31,819 nt of DNA from an uncultured Clostridia bacterium (GTDB lineage: Bacteria > Bacillota > Clostridia > Christensenellales > UBA1242): the NCBI GenBank assembly GCA_944381225.1, contig CALWKJ010000001.1, positions 1-31,819 of the forward strand, given 5' to 3'. The notes beneath the pieces were generated by a model that saw only the letters and a program-made list of their open reading frames with translations, searched no databases and had not been told where the DNA came from. Positions 1 to 8,883 of this stretch are shown one piece after another (position 1 is the stretch's first letter; each line of letters opens with the position of its first letter). The position numbers and the translations under genes are program-made.

Positions 1-362
1 CATTTTCACGAAGATTTCATGGTAAAGAATATTTGGAAGAATTATATAAAAAACTTGACGAATTTATAAAACAAGGTAAAACATTGATACTTGCCCCTCA
101 TGATGAAACAATTAAATATTTAGTTGATAAAAATATTAAATTTTGTTTTGTTTTTCCAAAAAAGACAATGAAAGAAGAAATTATAAAAAGAATGACAACG
201 AGAGATAATCCACAAGAAACAATTCAACAAAATGCTGATTTATTTGATAAGTTTTATGAGGAAAACATTAAAGAAAATAAATCTGTTATACATTATGAGT
301 TTGACAAAAACGAATATTTGGAAGATATTATTTTCAATAAATTTAATTACAAAATAAAATAA
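1..362 (+). CDS. 5'-truncated P-loop nucleotide-kinase-like hypothetical protein (type often seen in phages)
   Basis: Frame is open from position 3 (FSRRFHGKEYL...) to TAA 360-362, so the TTG at 33 is probably internal. Segments LILAPH..FCFVFP..KEEIIKRMTTRDN..EYLEDII resemble, from memory, the C-terminal half of small phage P-loop kinase-like proteins. The Walker A would lie outside the window. Confidence 0.5.
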   Translation, partial: FSRRFHGKEYLEELYKKLDEFIKQGKTLILAPHDETIKYLVDKNIKFCFVFPKKTMKEEIIKRMTTRDNPQETIQQNADLFDKFYEENIKENKSVIHYEFDKNEYLEDIIFNKFNYKIK

Positions 363-387
363 AAAAACTGCCAATGGCAGTTTTTTT
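361..387. terminator. Bidirectional intrinsic terminator between ORF1 and greA
   Basis: AAAAAAACTGCC-AAT-GGCAGTTTTTTT perfect stem with A/T tracts on both sides, between convergent stops. Confidence 0.9.
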
Positions 388-397
388 ATTATTATTT

Positions 398-865
398 TTA
401 TTTTAATGAAATATTTTTTACAACAAAATAAAGTATTCCGTTTGGTGTTTCAACATTAACTTCATCGCCTATTACCTTGCCAAGAACTGCTCTCCCAACC
501 GGAGATTCATTGCTAATTAATCCTTGTTTTGGATCGCTTTCTGTTGAACCAACAATTTTGTATTTTACTTCTTCATCAAAAGTTTTATCATATAAAGTTA
601 CATAACAACCTATGCTGACTTTTGATGTGTCAACCTTTTTTATTATTATGCAATTTCTTATTTTTGTTTCCATTTCGCTTATTTCTGCTTCTATGCGAGC
701 TTGTTCGTCTTTGGCAGCATCGTATTCAGCATTTTCGCTTAAATCTCCAAATTCTCTTGCAAGACCTATCTTTTTTGTAACTTCTGGTCTTCTTACTGTT
801 TTATAATAATCCAACTTTTCTTCAAGTTGTTTTTTCCCTTCTTGAGTTAAATATACAGGTTCCAT
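398..865 (-). CDS. greA: Transcription elongation factor GreA
   Basis: 155 aa; AREFGDLSENAEYDAAK and ISNESPVGRAVLGK motifs; AGGAG RBS. Confidence 0.98.
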   Translation of the reverse strand: MEPVYLTQEGKKQLEEKLDYYKTVRRPEVTKKIGLAREFGDLSENAEYDAAKDEQARIEAEISEMETKIRNCIIIKKVDTSKVSIGCYVTLYDKTFDEEVKYKIVGSTESDPKQGLISNESPVGRAVLGKVIGDEVNVETPNGILYFVVKNISLK

Positions 866-928
866 AGTACGCTCCTTTTTTTGTAAAAAAAATACAAGTG
901 GTTACCCACTGTTTAATTGACAAGCGAT

Positions 929-957
929 ATTGTAACAATATATGTAAATCTTGTCAA
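929..957 (-). promoter_or_regulatory. Sigma-A promoter of greA
   Basis: TTGACA-17 nt-TACAAT with extended TG on the minus strand. Confidence 0.8.
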
Positions 958-1044
958 TTATTTTTTACAAATTTAAATTTTTCTTCTTAATAATTTATGA
1001 ATATTAGCAAAAAATATTCACAAAATATTTACAAAGGAGAAATC

Positions 1045-1314
1045 ATGGCACTAATTTCTTTTTTGGCACTGATTATTGGTGGACTTAATTGGATGAGTAT
1101 TGGTTTGTTGCAATACGATTTTATAGCTGGTTTCTTTGGCACACAAGCAAGCATTTTTTCAAGGCTTGTATATATTGCTATTGGTGTAGCCTGCCTTCTT
1201 GTTATATACAATAGTTTAAAACACAAGGGCAAGGTTTTTTTGTTTGAAAAAAAGAATAAAAAAAGTGAAATTTCTCAAAATCAAGAAGAACATCATGACA
1301 TTTTAGCAGACTAA
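1045..1314 (+). CDS. DUF378 family small membrane protein (YuzA-like), 89 aa
   Basis: LIIGGLNW..IGL..YD...FG....SR.VY..IG pattern. AAAGGAG RBS places the start at ATG 1045, not 997. Confidence 0.85.
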   Translation: MALISFLALIIGGLNWMSIGLLQYDFIAGFFGTQASIFSRLVYIAIGVACLLVIYNSLKHKGKVFLFEKKNKKSEISQNQEEHHDILAD

Positions 1315-1342
1315 AAAAGCACGAAAATATTCGTGCTTTTTT
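1313..1342. terminator. Bidirectional terminator between the DUF378 gene and thrS
   Basis: AAAAAAGCACGAA-AATA-TTCGTGCTTTTTT. Confidence 0.9.
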
Positions 1343-1343
1343 A

Positions 1344-3074
1344 TTATAATCTCTTCTCTATTTCTTGAGTAACCTTATCGATAAACTCATTAAGCTTAAA
1401 CTGATTGGTTTGATTTGTTCCCCTTTGTCTTACCGATATTGTATTAGAATTTATTTCATTTTCTCCAATTATAACAATGTATGGAATTTTTTGCGTTGTG
1501 GCGCTTCTTATTTTGTAACTTATTTTTTTTTTTTTTTTATCAAGTTCAACTCTAATTTTGCTTCGTTCCATTTCATCTTTCACAGTTTTGCAATAATCAA
1601 CAAATTTTTCTGATATAGGCAATATCATTACTTGAATTGGCGCAAGCCATGTTGGAAAGGCACCAGCGTAATTTTCTGTTATTATTCCAATAAAACGGTC
1701 TATAGAGCCATATATAACTCTGTGTATCATAATAGGCTCTTGTTTAGTTCCGTCTTCTTCCACATATTCAAGATTAAATCTTTTTGGAAGTTGCATGTCT
1801 AGTTGTATGGTTCCACACTGCCACGTTCTGCCTATTGCATCTTTTATGTGAATGTCTATTTTGGGCCCGTAAAATGCGCCGTCTCCTTCATTAATTACAT
1901 ATTTTCTTCCAATGCGATTTAAAGCATTTTTTAATGAAGTTTCTGCACTTTCCCAATCTTGTGTATTGCCTATGTGATTTTCTGGCATTGTAGAAAGCTC
2001 TAAATGATATTCTAGATTAAACACTTTATACATTTTGTCAACCAAACTCAAAACGTTTTTGATTTCTTCTTCTATTTGATTTGGTCTCATAAATATATGT
2101 GCATCATCTTGCGTAAAGCATCTAACTCTAAACAAGCCATGCAATGTCCCACTGGCTTCGTGTCTATGAACTTTACCAAGTTCGCCAACTCTTAATGGCA
2201 AATCTTTATATGAGTGTATATTCTCTTTGTAGTACAACATTCCACCCGGACAATTCATTGGCTTAATTGCAAAATCTTCATCTTCTGCCTTAAAAGTGTA
2301 CATGTTTTGTCTGTAATGATCCCAGTGTCCTGAAATTTCCCACAGTTTTCTATTCATCGCCATTGGCGTTTCTATTTCTTCGTAACCGGCTTTTTGGTGT
2401 TCTTCTCTCCAAAATTTTATTAATTCGTTTTTTACAATCAAGCCCTTTGGCATGTAAAATGGCATTCCTTGAGCATATTCGCTTATAAAGAAAAGCCCTA
2501 GTTCTTTGCCAAGTTTTCTGTGGTCTCGCTTTTGCGCTTCTTCCATCATTGTTATATAATCTTTTAATTCTTGCTTGTCCAAAAATCCGTATACATAAAT
2601 TCTTTGCATCATTTTATTTTTTTCATTGCCTCTCCAATATGCGCCAGACACTCTGTTTATTTTAAAGGCAAAATTTTTTAACTCTTTGGTATTTTCAACA
2701 TGAGGCCCCTTGCACAAATCAGTAAAGACATCACCTAATGAATACACAGAAATTTCAGAATTTTCGTCGAGTTCATTTATAAGTTCAATTTTATATGGCT
2801 GTGTTTTAAACATTTCAAGTGCTTCTTGCCTTGATACGTCCCTTTTTTTCATATCCAAATTTTGTTTAATAATTTCATGCATTGTTTGTTCAATTTTATC
2901 AAAGTCTTCTGGTGTTATGTTGTGCTCCATATCAAAATCATAATAAAATCCATTTTCAATGGCTGGACCTATTCCAAATTTTACATCTTCATTAAATATC
3001 TTTTTAACAGCTCCTGCCAAAACATGACTCATTGTGTGTCTTGCTTTTTGCAAATATTCGTCTTTTTCTTCCAT
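1344..3074 (-). CDS. thrS: Threonine--tRNA ligase, short form lacking the N-terminal TGS (N1) domain
   Basis: 576 aa; RHTMSH and DLCKGPH editing motifs; KPMNCPG, RVRCFTQDDAHIF, GAFYGPKID, QCGTIQLD; AGGAGG RBS; T-box upstream. Confidence 0.98.
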   Translation of the reverse strand: MEEKDEYLQKARHTMSHVLAGAVKKIFNEDVKFGIGPAIENGFYYDFDMEHNITPEDFDKIEQTMHEIIKQNLDMKKRDVSRQEALEMFKTQPYKIELINELDENSEISVYSLGDVFTDLCKGPHVENTKELKNFAFKINRVSGAYWRGNEKNKMMQRIYVYGFLDKQELKDYITMMEEAQKRDHRKLGKELGLFFISEYAQGMPFYMPKGLIVKNELIKFWREEHQKAGYEEIETPMAMNRKLWEISGHWDHYRQNMYTFKAEDEDFAIKPMNCPGGMLYYKENIHSYKDLPLRVGELGKVHRHEASGTLHGLFRVRCFTQDDAHIFMRPNQIEEEIKNVLSLVDKMYKVFNLEYHLELSTMPENHIGNTQDWESAETSLKNALNRIGRKYVINEGDGAFYGPKIDIHIKDAIGRTWQCGTIQLDMQLPKRFNLEYVEEDGTKQEPIMIHRVIYGSIDRFIGIITENYAGAFPTWLAPIQVMILPISEKFVDYCKTVKDEMERSKIRVELDKKKKKISYKIRSATTQKIPYIVIIGENEINSNTISVRQRGTNQTNQFKLNEFIDKVTQEIEKRL

Positions 3075-3091
3075 ATGTTCCTCCTAAAAAT

Positions 3092-3307
3092 AAAAAACGC
3101 CCTTAGAATCTAAGGGCGAAAATTTTCCGCGGTTCCACCTTAATTGCAAGTTGCCTTGCCTCTTATTTTGTGAAATTTGGTTCACTCCATACCCAAAAAA
3201 GTGGTTTCGCACAAAAGTTTCTTTAAACGGCTTACAGCCACGACCGTTTTTCTCTATAAAGAAATTGTTTTTGGTTACTTGTCTTTTTTATAGGTAATTC
3301 AGTTTAC
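3092..3307 (-). ncRNA. T-box riboswitch (Thr) with transcription terminator
   Basis: Minus strand: AGUA kink-turn strand; AGAGA/GCUG-type distal loop (AAACGG...CCGTTT); specifier ACC (Thr) at 3205-3203; stem III GCAAG-GCAA-CTTGC; T-box AAGGTGGAACCGCGG (3141-3127); terminator CGCCCTTAG-ATT-CTAAGGGCG-T6. Confidence 0.93.
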
Positions 3308-3313
3308 CCTTTA

Positions 3314-3341
3314 AGTATATACCCATCTAAAAATTTGTCAA
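3314..3341 (-). promoter_or_regulatory. Sigma-A promoter of the thrS T-box leader
   Basis: TTGACA-16 nt-TATACT. Confidence 0.75.
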
Positions 3342-3348
3342 ATATTTT

Positions 3349-3951
3349 TTAATCTTTCTTTTCATTATTTTGCTCTTCAACAACAATTTCATCTTCTTTG
3401 GTGTTATTTGCATTTTCATTTTCGATTATTATTTGTGGATGTTTGTTTGTTTTTGGTAAATTTTCCCAATTTTTAAAATAATCTGCTCTTTCTAAAAAAA
3501 TAAACAATACAGTTCCAATTAACAACACGGCTAAATTTATAAATGGTCCTGCACCGAAAACAATTCCGTATTGCTTATTTGCTAAAATCATGAACCATGA
3601 TAAAAACAACATTATGGCAGTTAAAATAAACATTGTTATTAAAGCAATCTTTAAAAGCAAATACGATGTTATTTTGCCAACAGTAACTTCAAATTTAACT
3701 GCATTATACTCGTTTAAAATTTCAAGCAAACACAAGACAAAAACAAAAATTAAAAGCATAAAATATACAACTAAAAATACGCACAATAAAACATGCCAAA
3801 ATCCCAAATTGGTTAAATAGCACATGTCGTAAAAACTGTATTTAATATTGGAATTTTTTATCACAATAACTGCAAAAATCATTGCAAGCAAACTAATTAC
3901 ACTTATTGTCATACCCAATACATATGGAAATTTCCTTTTTAAATTATTCAT
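3349..3951 (-). CDS. Hypothetical 4-TM membrane protein with acidic cytoplasmic tail
   Basis: 200 aa; four hydrophobic stretches; AGGAG RBS; TTGGAA-17-TATAAT promoter at 3969-3997. Confidence 0.8.
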   Translation of the reverse strand: MNNLKRKFPYVLGMTISVISLLAMIFAVIVIKNSNIKYSFYDMCYLTNLGFWHVLLCVFLVVYFMLLIFVFVLCLLEILNEYNAVKFEVTVGKITSYLLLKIALITMFILTAIMLFLSWFMILANKQYGIVFGAGPFINLAVLLIGTVLFIFLERADYFKNWENLPKTNKHPQIIIENENANNTKEDEIVVEEQNNEKKD

Positions 3952-4165
3952 TGCAATCTCCTATTGTTATTATAATATACATTTGCCCATTTTCCAACAT
4001 TTTTATAAAAATATTACTCGCCAGACAAATTTAGCAAAATTTCGACAGTATTTATATATGTTAAAAAATTTTTAAATGTTTTAAATTTTTAAATACTGCT
4101 TTTTGTATCTGTTGACAAATTATAAAAAAAAATGTTATTGTTTTTATGCATTTATGGAGAAAAAA

Positions 4166-6598
4166 ATGAATTTTAAATACGATATATCAATAGACGAAAA
4201 ATGGCGAAAATACTGGGAAGACAATAAAACTTATAAATTTGATAAAGATTCAAAAAAACCAAAATATTATTTGTTGGAAATGTTTTCATATCCTTCGGCA
4301 AGCAAACTTCATTTGGGGCATTGGTGGAACTACAGTTTGCCAGATAGTTTTGGCCGCATGAAAAGAATGCAAGGATACAATGTTTTTCAACCAATGGGAT
4401 TTGATGCTTTTGGTCTTCCTGCAGAAAACTATGCAATAAAAACTGGAATCCATCCAAAGGACAGCACTGCTAAAAACATTGAAACAATGGAAGAGCAATT
4501 AAAAAAATTAGGCGCCACTTATGATTGGGACTATGAAATTAAAACAAATGAAGAAGAATATTATAAATGGACACAATGGATTTTTTTGCAACTTTACAAA
4601 AATGGTCTTGCCTATAGAAAAGATGCTCCTGTTAACTATTGTCCAAAGTGCCAAACAGTGTTGGCAAATGAGCAAGCAAGTGGTGGCGAATGTGAAAGAT
4701 GTCACAGCAAAGTTGAACATAAACATTTAACACAGTGGTTTTTTAAAATTACTGAATATGCCGACCAATTAATAGAAGGTTTGAAAAATTTGGATTGGCC
4801 AGAGAAAACCAAGAGAATTCAAACTAATTGGATTGGAAAAAATACCGGCAGTATGGTAGATTTTGCACTAGAAGAATTTGACCAAAAAATTACAGTTTTT
4901 ACAACTAGAGTGGATACATTAATGGGTGTAACGTATGTTGTGTTGGCTCCAGAAAATAAACTTGTAGATTTAATAACAACAAAAGAGCAAAAACAAGAAG
5001 TTGAAAAATACAAAGAATATGTTACTCATTTAAGCGAGATTGACCGAACAAGCACAGTAAAGGAAAAAACAGGTGCTTTTACCGGTGCATATGCAATTCA
5101 TCCAATTACAAAACAAAAAGTTCCAGTGTGGATTAGTGATTATGTTATTGAAAGTTATGGAACTGGAGCTGTTATGGCTGTTCCAGCACACGATGAAAGA
5201 GATTTTGACTTTGCAAAAAAATTTAATCTTGAAATAAAACAAGTTATAACAAATAAAGAAAAAAATGCAACTCTTCCTTATGTTGAAGAAGGATATTTAA
5301 TTAACAGTGGACTATATGACAATCTCACAACAAAAGAAGCCAAAGAAAAGATTGTAGAAGATTTGCAAAAATTAAATTTAGGGAAAAAGACAACTACTTA
5401 TAGGCTTAGAGACTGGTTAATTTCAAGGCAAAGATATTGGGGAGCTCCAATTCCAATTATATATTGTAAACATTGTGGAATTGTTCCTGTTGATGAAAAA
5501 GATTTGCCTGTTAAACTTCCTTACAATGTTGATTTTAAGCCAAACGGAAAATCACCTTTAGCCTATTGCGATGAATTTTTGCACACAACGTGCCCAAAAT
5601 GTGGACGACCTGCAATACGAGAAACAGATACTTTGGACACATTTGTTTGTTCATCTTGGTACTATTTAAGGTATCTTGATCCACATAACGACAAAATGCC
5701 ATGGGATAAAAAAATAACTGATAAATTCATGAATGTCGACAAGTATGTTGGTGGAGTTGAACACGCTGCTATGCACTTGCTTTATGCAAGGTTTATTTAT
5801 AAAGCACTTAGGGACATGGGATATGTTTCTTATGACGAACCTTTTCAAAGCTTAGTTCACCAAGGCACAATCTTGGGGAGTGATGGACAAAAAATGAGCA
5901 AAAGTTTGGGAAATACCGTTACTGCAGACGATTATGTCAACAAATACGGCAGTGATGTATTTAGATTGTATTTAGCATTTGGATTTTCATACACAGAAGG
6001 TGGTCCTTGGTCTGATGATGGAATAGTTGCAATCAGCAAATTTTTTCAAAAAATTCAAAGAGTATTTGAAAATTTTGCAAATTTAAAACCAAGCGATTAT
6101 AACAAAATAGATGAAGAATTGACTATCAGTATGCACAAAACAATAAAGGCAGTAACCACTGACATAGAAAAATTCCAATTTAACACTGCAGTTGCTAGAT
6201 TAATGGAATACACTACTGCTTTGCAAAAATATCAAACAAAATCTGAGCGCAATTATGCTCAGGAAAAAGAAGCCATATTGAACTACGCAAAACTTTTATC
6301 TCCATTTGCACCTCATTACATGGAAGAAGTTTGGGAAAGTTTAGGCGAGCAAAATTCTATATTTAATCAATCATGGCCACTTTATGATGAAAACAAAACA
6401 GTATCAAAAAATATTGAAATTGTAATTCAAATAAATGGCGCAATTAAATCTAGAATAATTATTCCTTGTGGACTTGAAACAAGCGAAATGGAAAAAATTG
6501 CCCTTTCAGACGAAAAAGTAAAAAATTTGTTAATTGGAAAAAATATAAAGAAAATAATTGCTATTAAAGATAAATTAGTCAACATAGTTGCAATATAA
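4166..6598 (+). CDS. leuS: Leucine--tRNA ligase (810 aa)
   Basis: HLGH and KMSKS motifs; CP1 editing motifs FTTRVDT and [15 protein letters not shown] intact. GGAGA RBS places the start at 4166. Putative TTGACA promoter at 4112-4141; no T-box seen. Confidence 0.98.
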   Translation: MNFKYDISIDEKWRKYWEDNKTYKFDKDSKKPKYYLLEMFSYPSASKLHLGHWWNYSLPDSFGRMKRMQGYNVFQPMGFDAFGLPAENYAIKTGIHPKDSTAKNIETMEEQLKKLGATYDWDYEIKTNEEEYYKWTQWIFLQLYKNGLAYRKDAPVNYCPKCQTVLANEQASGGECERCHSKVEHKHLTQWFFKITEYADQLIEGLKNLDWPEKTKRIQTNWIGKNTGSMVDFALEEFDQKITVFTTRVDTLMGVTYVVLAPENKLVDLITTKEQKQEVEKYKEYVTHLSEIDRTSTVKEKTGAFTGAYAIHPITKQKVPVWISDYVIESYGTGAVMAVPAHDERDFDFAKKFNLEIKQVITNKEKNATLPYVEEGYLINSGLYDNLTTKEAKEKIVEDLQKLNLGKKTTTYRLRDWLISRQRYWGAPIPIIYCKHCGIVPVDEKDLPVKLPYNVDFKPNGKSPLAYCDEFLHTTCPKCGRPAIRETDTLDTFVCSSWYYLRYLDPHNDKMPWDKKITDKFMNVDKYVGGVEHAAMHLLYARFIYKALRDMGYVSYDEPFQSLVHQGTILGSDGQKMSKSLGNTVTADDYVNKYGSDVFRLYLAFGFSYTEGGPWSDDGIVAISKFFQKIQRVFENFANLKPSDYNKIDEELTISMHKTIKAVTTDIEKFQFNTAVARLMEYTTALQKYQTKSERNYAQEKEAILNYAKLLSPFAPHYMEEVWESLGEQNSIFNQSWPLYDENKTVSKNIEIVIQINGAIKSRIIIPCGLETSEMEKIALSDEKVKNLLIGKNIKKIIAIKDKLVNIVAI

Positions 6599-6629
6599 AA
6601 AAAAACTTACATTTAATGTAAGTTTTTTT
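6599..6629. terminator. Bidirectional terminator after leuS, overlapping the 3' end of the convergent gene
   Basis: AAAAAAACTTACAT-TTA-ATGTAAGTTTTTTT. Confidence 0.8.
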
Positions 6630-6957
6630 GTTTTAAAGTTAATCTTTTTATAAAAATAACATTTTCAAAATCTTGTTTTATCATGTCATTATCAGGAAAA
6701 TATGGAAGTTTCTTTTTTTGCAAAATCATTTCTTTTATTTTTTTTGTTGCAAATAGAAATAATTTTTCTTTACACGAATTTAAATTTGTGTCTGTTATAT
6801 CTTTCATCACTATTCCCGGAACAAAGCCGTGATAAGAATTATTTTCTAATGTAACAACCAGTGGCACGCTTAATTGTTCTTTGCTTAGAGTGTTTATCTC
6901 TTGACTTGGCTTGTTGATTTCTTTATCGATTTTAAACGATTCCCTTCGAAATGCCAT
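6613..6957 (-). CDS. Hypothetical protein with HicB-antitoxin-like core (114 aa)
   Basis: GGAGGG RBS before ATG 6957; own promoter TTGCAA-16-TGnTATAAT (6978-7005). VPLVVTLENNSYHGFVPG..ITDTNLNSCKEKL...KKKLPYFP resembles the HicB/UPF0150 partial RNase H pattern. Confidence 0.55.
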   Translation of the reverse strand: MAFRRESFKIDKEINKPSQEINTLSKEQLSVPLVVTLENNSYHGFVPGIVMKDITDTNLNSCKEKLFLFATKKIKEMILQKKKLPYFPDNDMIKQDFENVIFIKRLTLKQKNLH

Positions 6958-7097
6958 TTTCCCTCCCATGTGTTTTAATTATAACATTGCATATGGATTT
7001 TGCAAAGTGTTTAACACAAACTTATTTAACAGGGTTTGCATCTACTACACTCTTTCTTCTTCTTTTTTTCTAAATCAACTTCTTATAAAGAACTACA

Positions 7098-8780
7098 TTA
7101 TTCAAGATTTATGGTTGAACTTTCTTCTGTTTGCTTTTTATTCTCCTCTTTATTTTTTGCATTTTCTGTCTCAATTTCTAATTGGACTTCTACATTTAAC
7201 CCAATGATTTTAATGACTTGCGATAATAGTGCAAGTTTTTGCTCAACTGAGAAATTTGCCAATGCTTGTAAATTATTTTCTGTTAAAATATTGTTTTTTT
7301 GTGGTGATTTTTCTTTTTCAGAATTTACAGAATACTCATCCAATAAAGCAATATGACCTATCTTTTCATAGTCATTATCTCCACTTAAGATATGTTTTAA
7401 ATCTTTTTTCTTAATAACTTCGTCATTTTTGTATGTATAATATTCTTTTGTTGCTACGTCATAATAAACTTCTGGATTTTTAAAATTCATCATTTTTTGC
7501 AGGTCATAGTGGTCGTAATAATCTTGTGGTAAATCTCCGAATATATCTATTATTCCATTTGCATCTGAATATGTTTCTTTTAGATATTTATTTACCTCTT
7601 CTAATGTTAAATCTTTTACTTTATGTAATTGATTATTGTAAAAAACTTCAACGCCCTCTAAATATTTAATCAAATTGTTATACGGGTCTTTATATTTCAA
7701 TCCTGTTTTCCTATCTTCCTCTGATATTTTAATCATTTTCTTGCATGTGTCTAATTGCTCTTGCGTTATACCTTTTTGTGCAACTCTTTTTATTATATTG
7801 CTAAGCACCTTTAATGCTTCATTTACCTTGTTTTTACTGGTTAATATGTTAAAATTATTTAATGTTAAATTGTTTGTCAAAACAATCGGCTTGTAATTTG
7901 CAGAATATACCAACCCTCTTTTTACCCTCAATTCGTTAATTAAAAGCCCAGCAAAGTCATTAAACAAATATGCTTCAATATGCAAAAACAATGTGCTTTC
8001 CCTTTCAATACGCTTTTGCATAAAAGACACGTTTATTTCTACTGTTTTTTGATTTGGGTCTGTTATTAAGGAAACGTAATTCTTTAATGGTTTATATTCG
8101 GTTGTTTTATACTTAATTGCATTTTCTTTTTTGGAAATTGCATCTTTTACAAAATATTTTTCGCACAAGTCTTTTATGTGTTCAAATTCATAATTGCTAA
8201 CTACAGATATCACCATGTTTTCAGAGCAAAAAACCCTTTCTTTGTACTCTAGCAAAACATTTTTATCTATATGTGAAATTGTTTTTTTTGTACCTAATAT
8301 ATTTTCGCCTTTTTTATCTGATTTTTTTATGCGTTTTATGGCGACTTCAAGCCAATCTGGTGGCGATGTTTCATCCTTACTCATTAAAATATCTTCGTTT
8401 ATCGCCATTCTTTCATTATCAATGCTTTTTTTGGTAAACTTATTATTCCTAATTAATTTTCCATATAAATCGAATGTCTGCTCCAAAACCGTGTTAGGTG
8501 CATTGGCATAAAAAGTTATAAGCTTTTGAGATGTGTAAGCGTTGGATATTACATTGTTGTCTTTAAAAATTTTAAACAATTTTTCTGCTTTAATTTCTGG
8601 CAATTCGTTTAATATCATATGCTTCAAAAAATGCGCTGTTCCAGGTATTTTATCTTGAGAAGAACCTCCTATAAAACCAACATGGAATTCTGTTGTGTTT
8701 GTTAAATTGTGTTTAAAGTATACAAGCGTTGCACCATTTTCAAATTTGTAAATTCTGTGATAGCGAGATATTTCTTCCAT
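7098..8780 (-). CDS. M16 (insulinase/pitrilysin) family protein, predicted catalytically inactive
   Basis: GTAHFLKHM in place of HxxEH; NAYTS strand; ELRVKRGLVYS R/Y motif. GGAGG RBS before ATG 8780; promoter TAGACA-17-TATTAT (8804-8832). Confidence 0.85.
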   Translation of the reverse strand: MEEISRYHRIYKFENGATLVYFKHNLTNTTEFHVGFIGGSSQDKIPGTAHFLKHMILNELPEIKAEKLFKIFKDNNVISNAYTSQKLITFYANAPNTVLEQTFDLYGKLIRNNKFTKKSIDNERMAINEDILMSKDETSPPDWLEVAIKRIKKSDKKGENILGTKKTISHIDKNVLLEYKERVFCSENMVISVVSNYEFEHIKDLCEKYFVKDAISKKENAIKYKTTEYKPLKNYVSLITDPNQKTVEINVSFMQKRIERESTLFLHIEAYLFNDFAGLLINELRVKRGLVYSANYKPIVLTNNLTLNNFNILTSKNKVNEALKVLSNIIKRVAQKGITQEQLDTCKKMIKISEEDRKTGLKYKDPYNNLIKYLEGVEVFYNNQLHKVKDLTLEEVNKYLKETYSDANGIIDIFGDLPQDYYDHYDLQKMMNFKNPEVYYDVATKEYYTYKNDEVIKKKDLKHILSGDNDYEKIGHIALLDEYSVNSEKEKSPQKNNILTENNLQALANFSVEQKLALLSQVIKIIGLNVEVQLEIETENAKNKEENKKQTEESSTINLE

Positions 8781-8847
8781 ATTTCCTCCGTTCATATAGG
8801 CTTATAATAACATACGAAAGGCGTTTTGTCTATACCCAAAATTAAAA

Positions 8848-8871
8848 AAACACACCACTTTAGGTGTGTTT
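8848..8871 (-). terminator. rpsT terminator
   Basis: Minus strand AAACACACC-TAAAGT-GGTGTG followed by T7. Confidence 0.85.
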
Positions 8872-8883
8872 ATTAATATAAAA

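Noticed and set aside
4041-4047. Perfect Spo0A box (TTCGACA) between the membrane gene and leuS
   Set aside because: A single 7-mer; a few are expected by chance in 32 kb.
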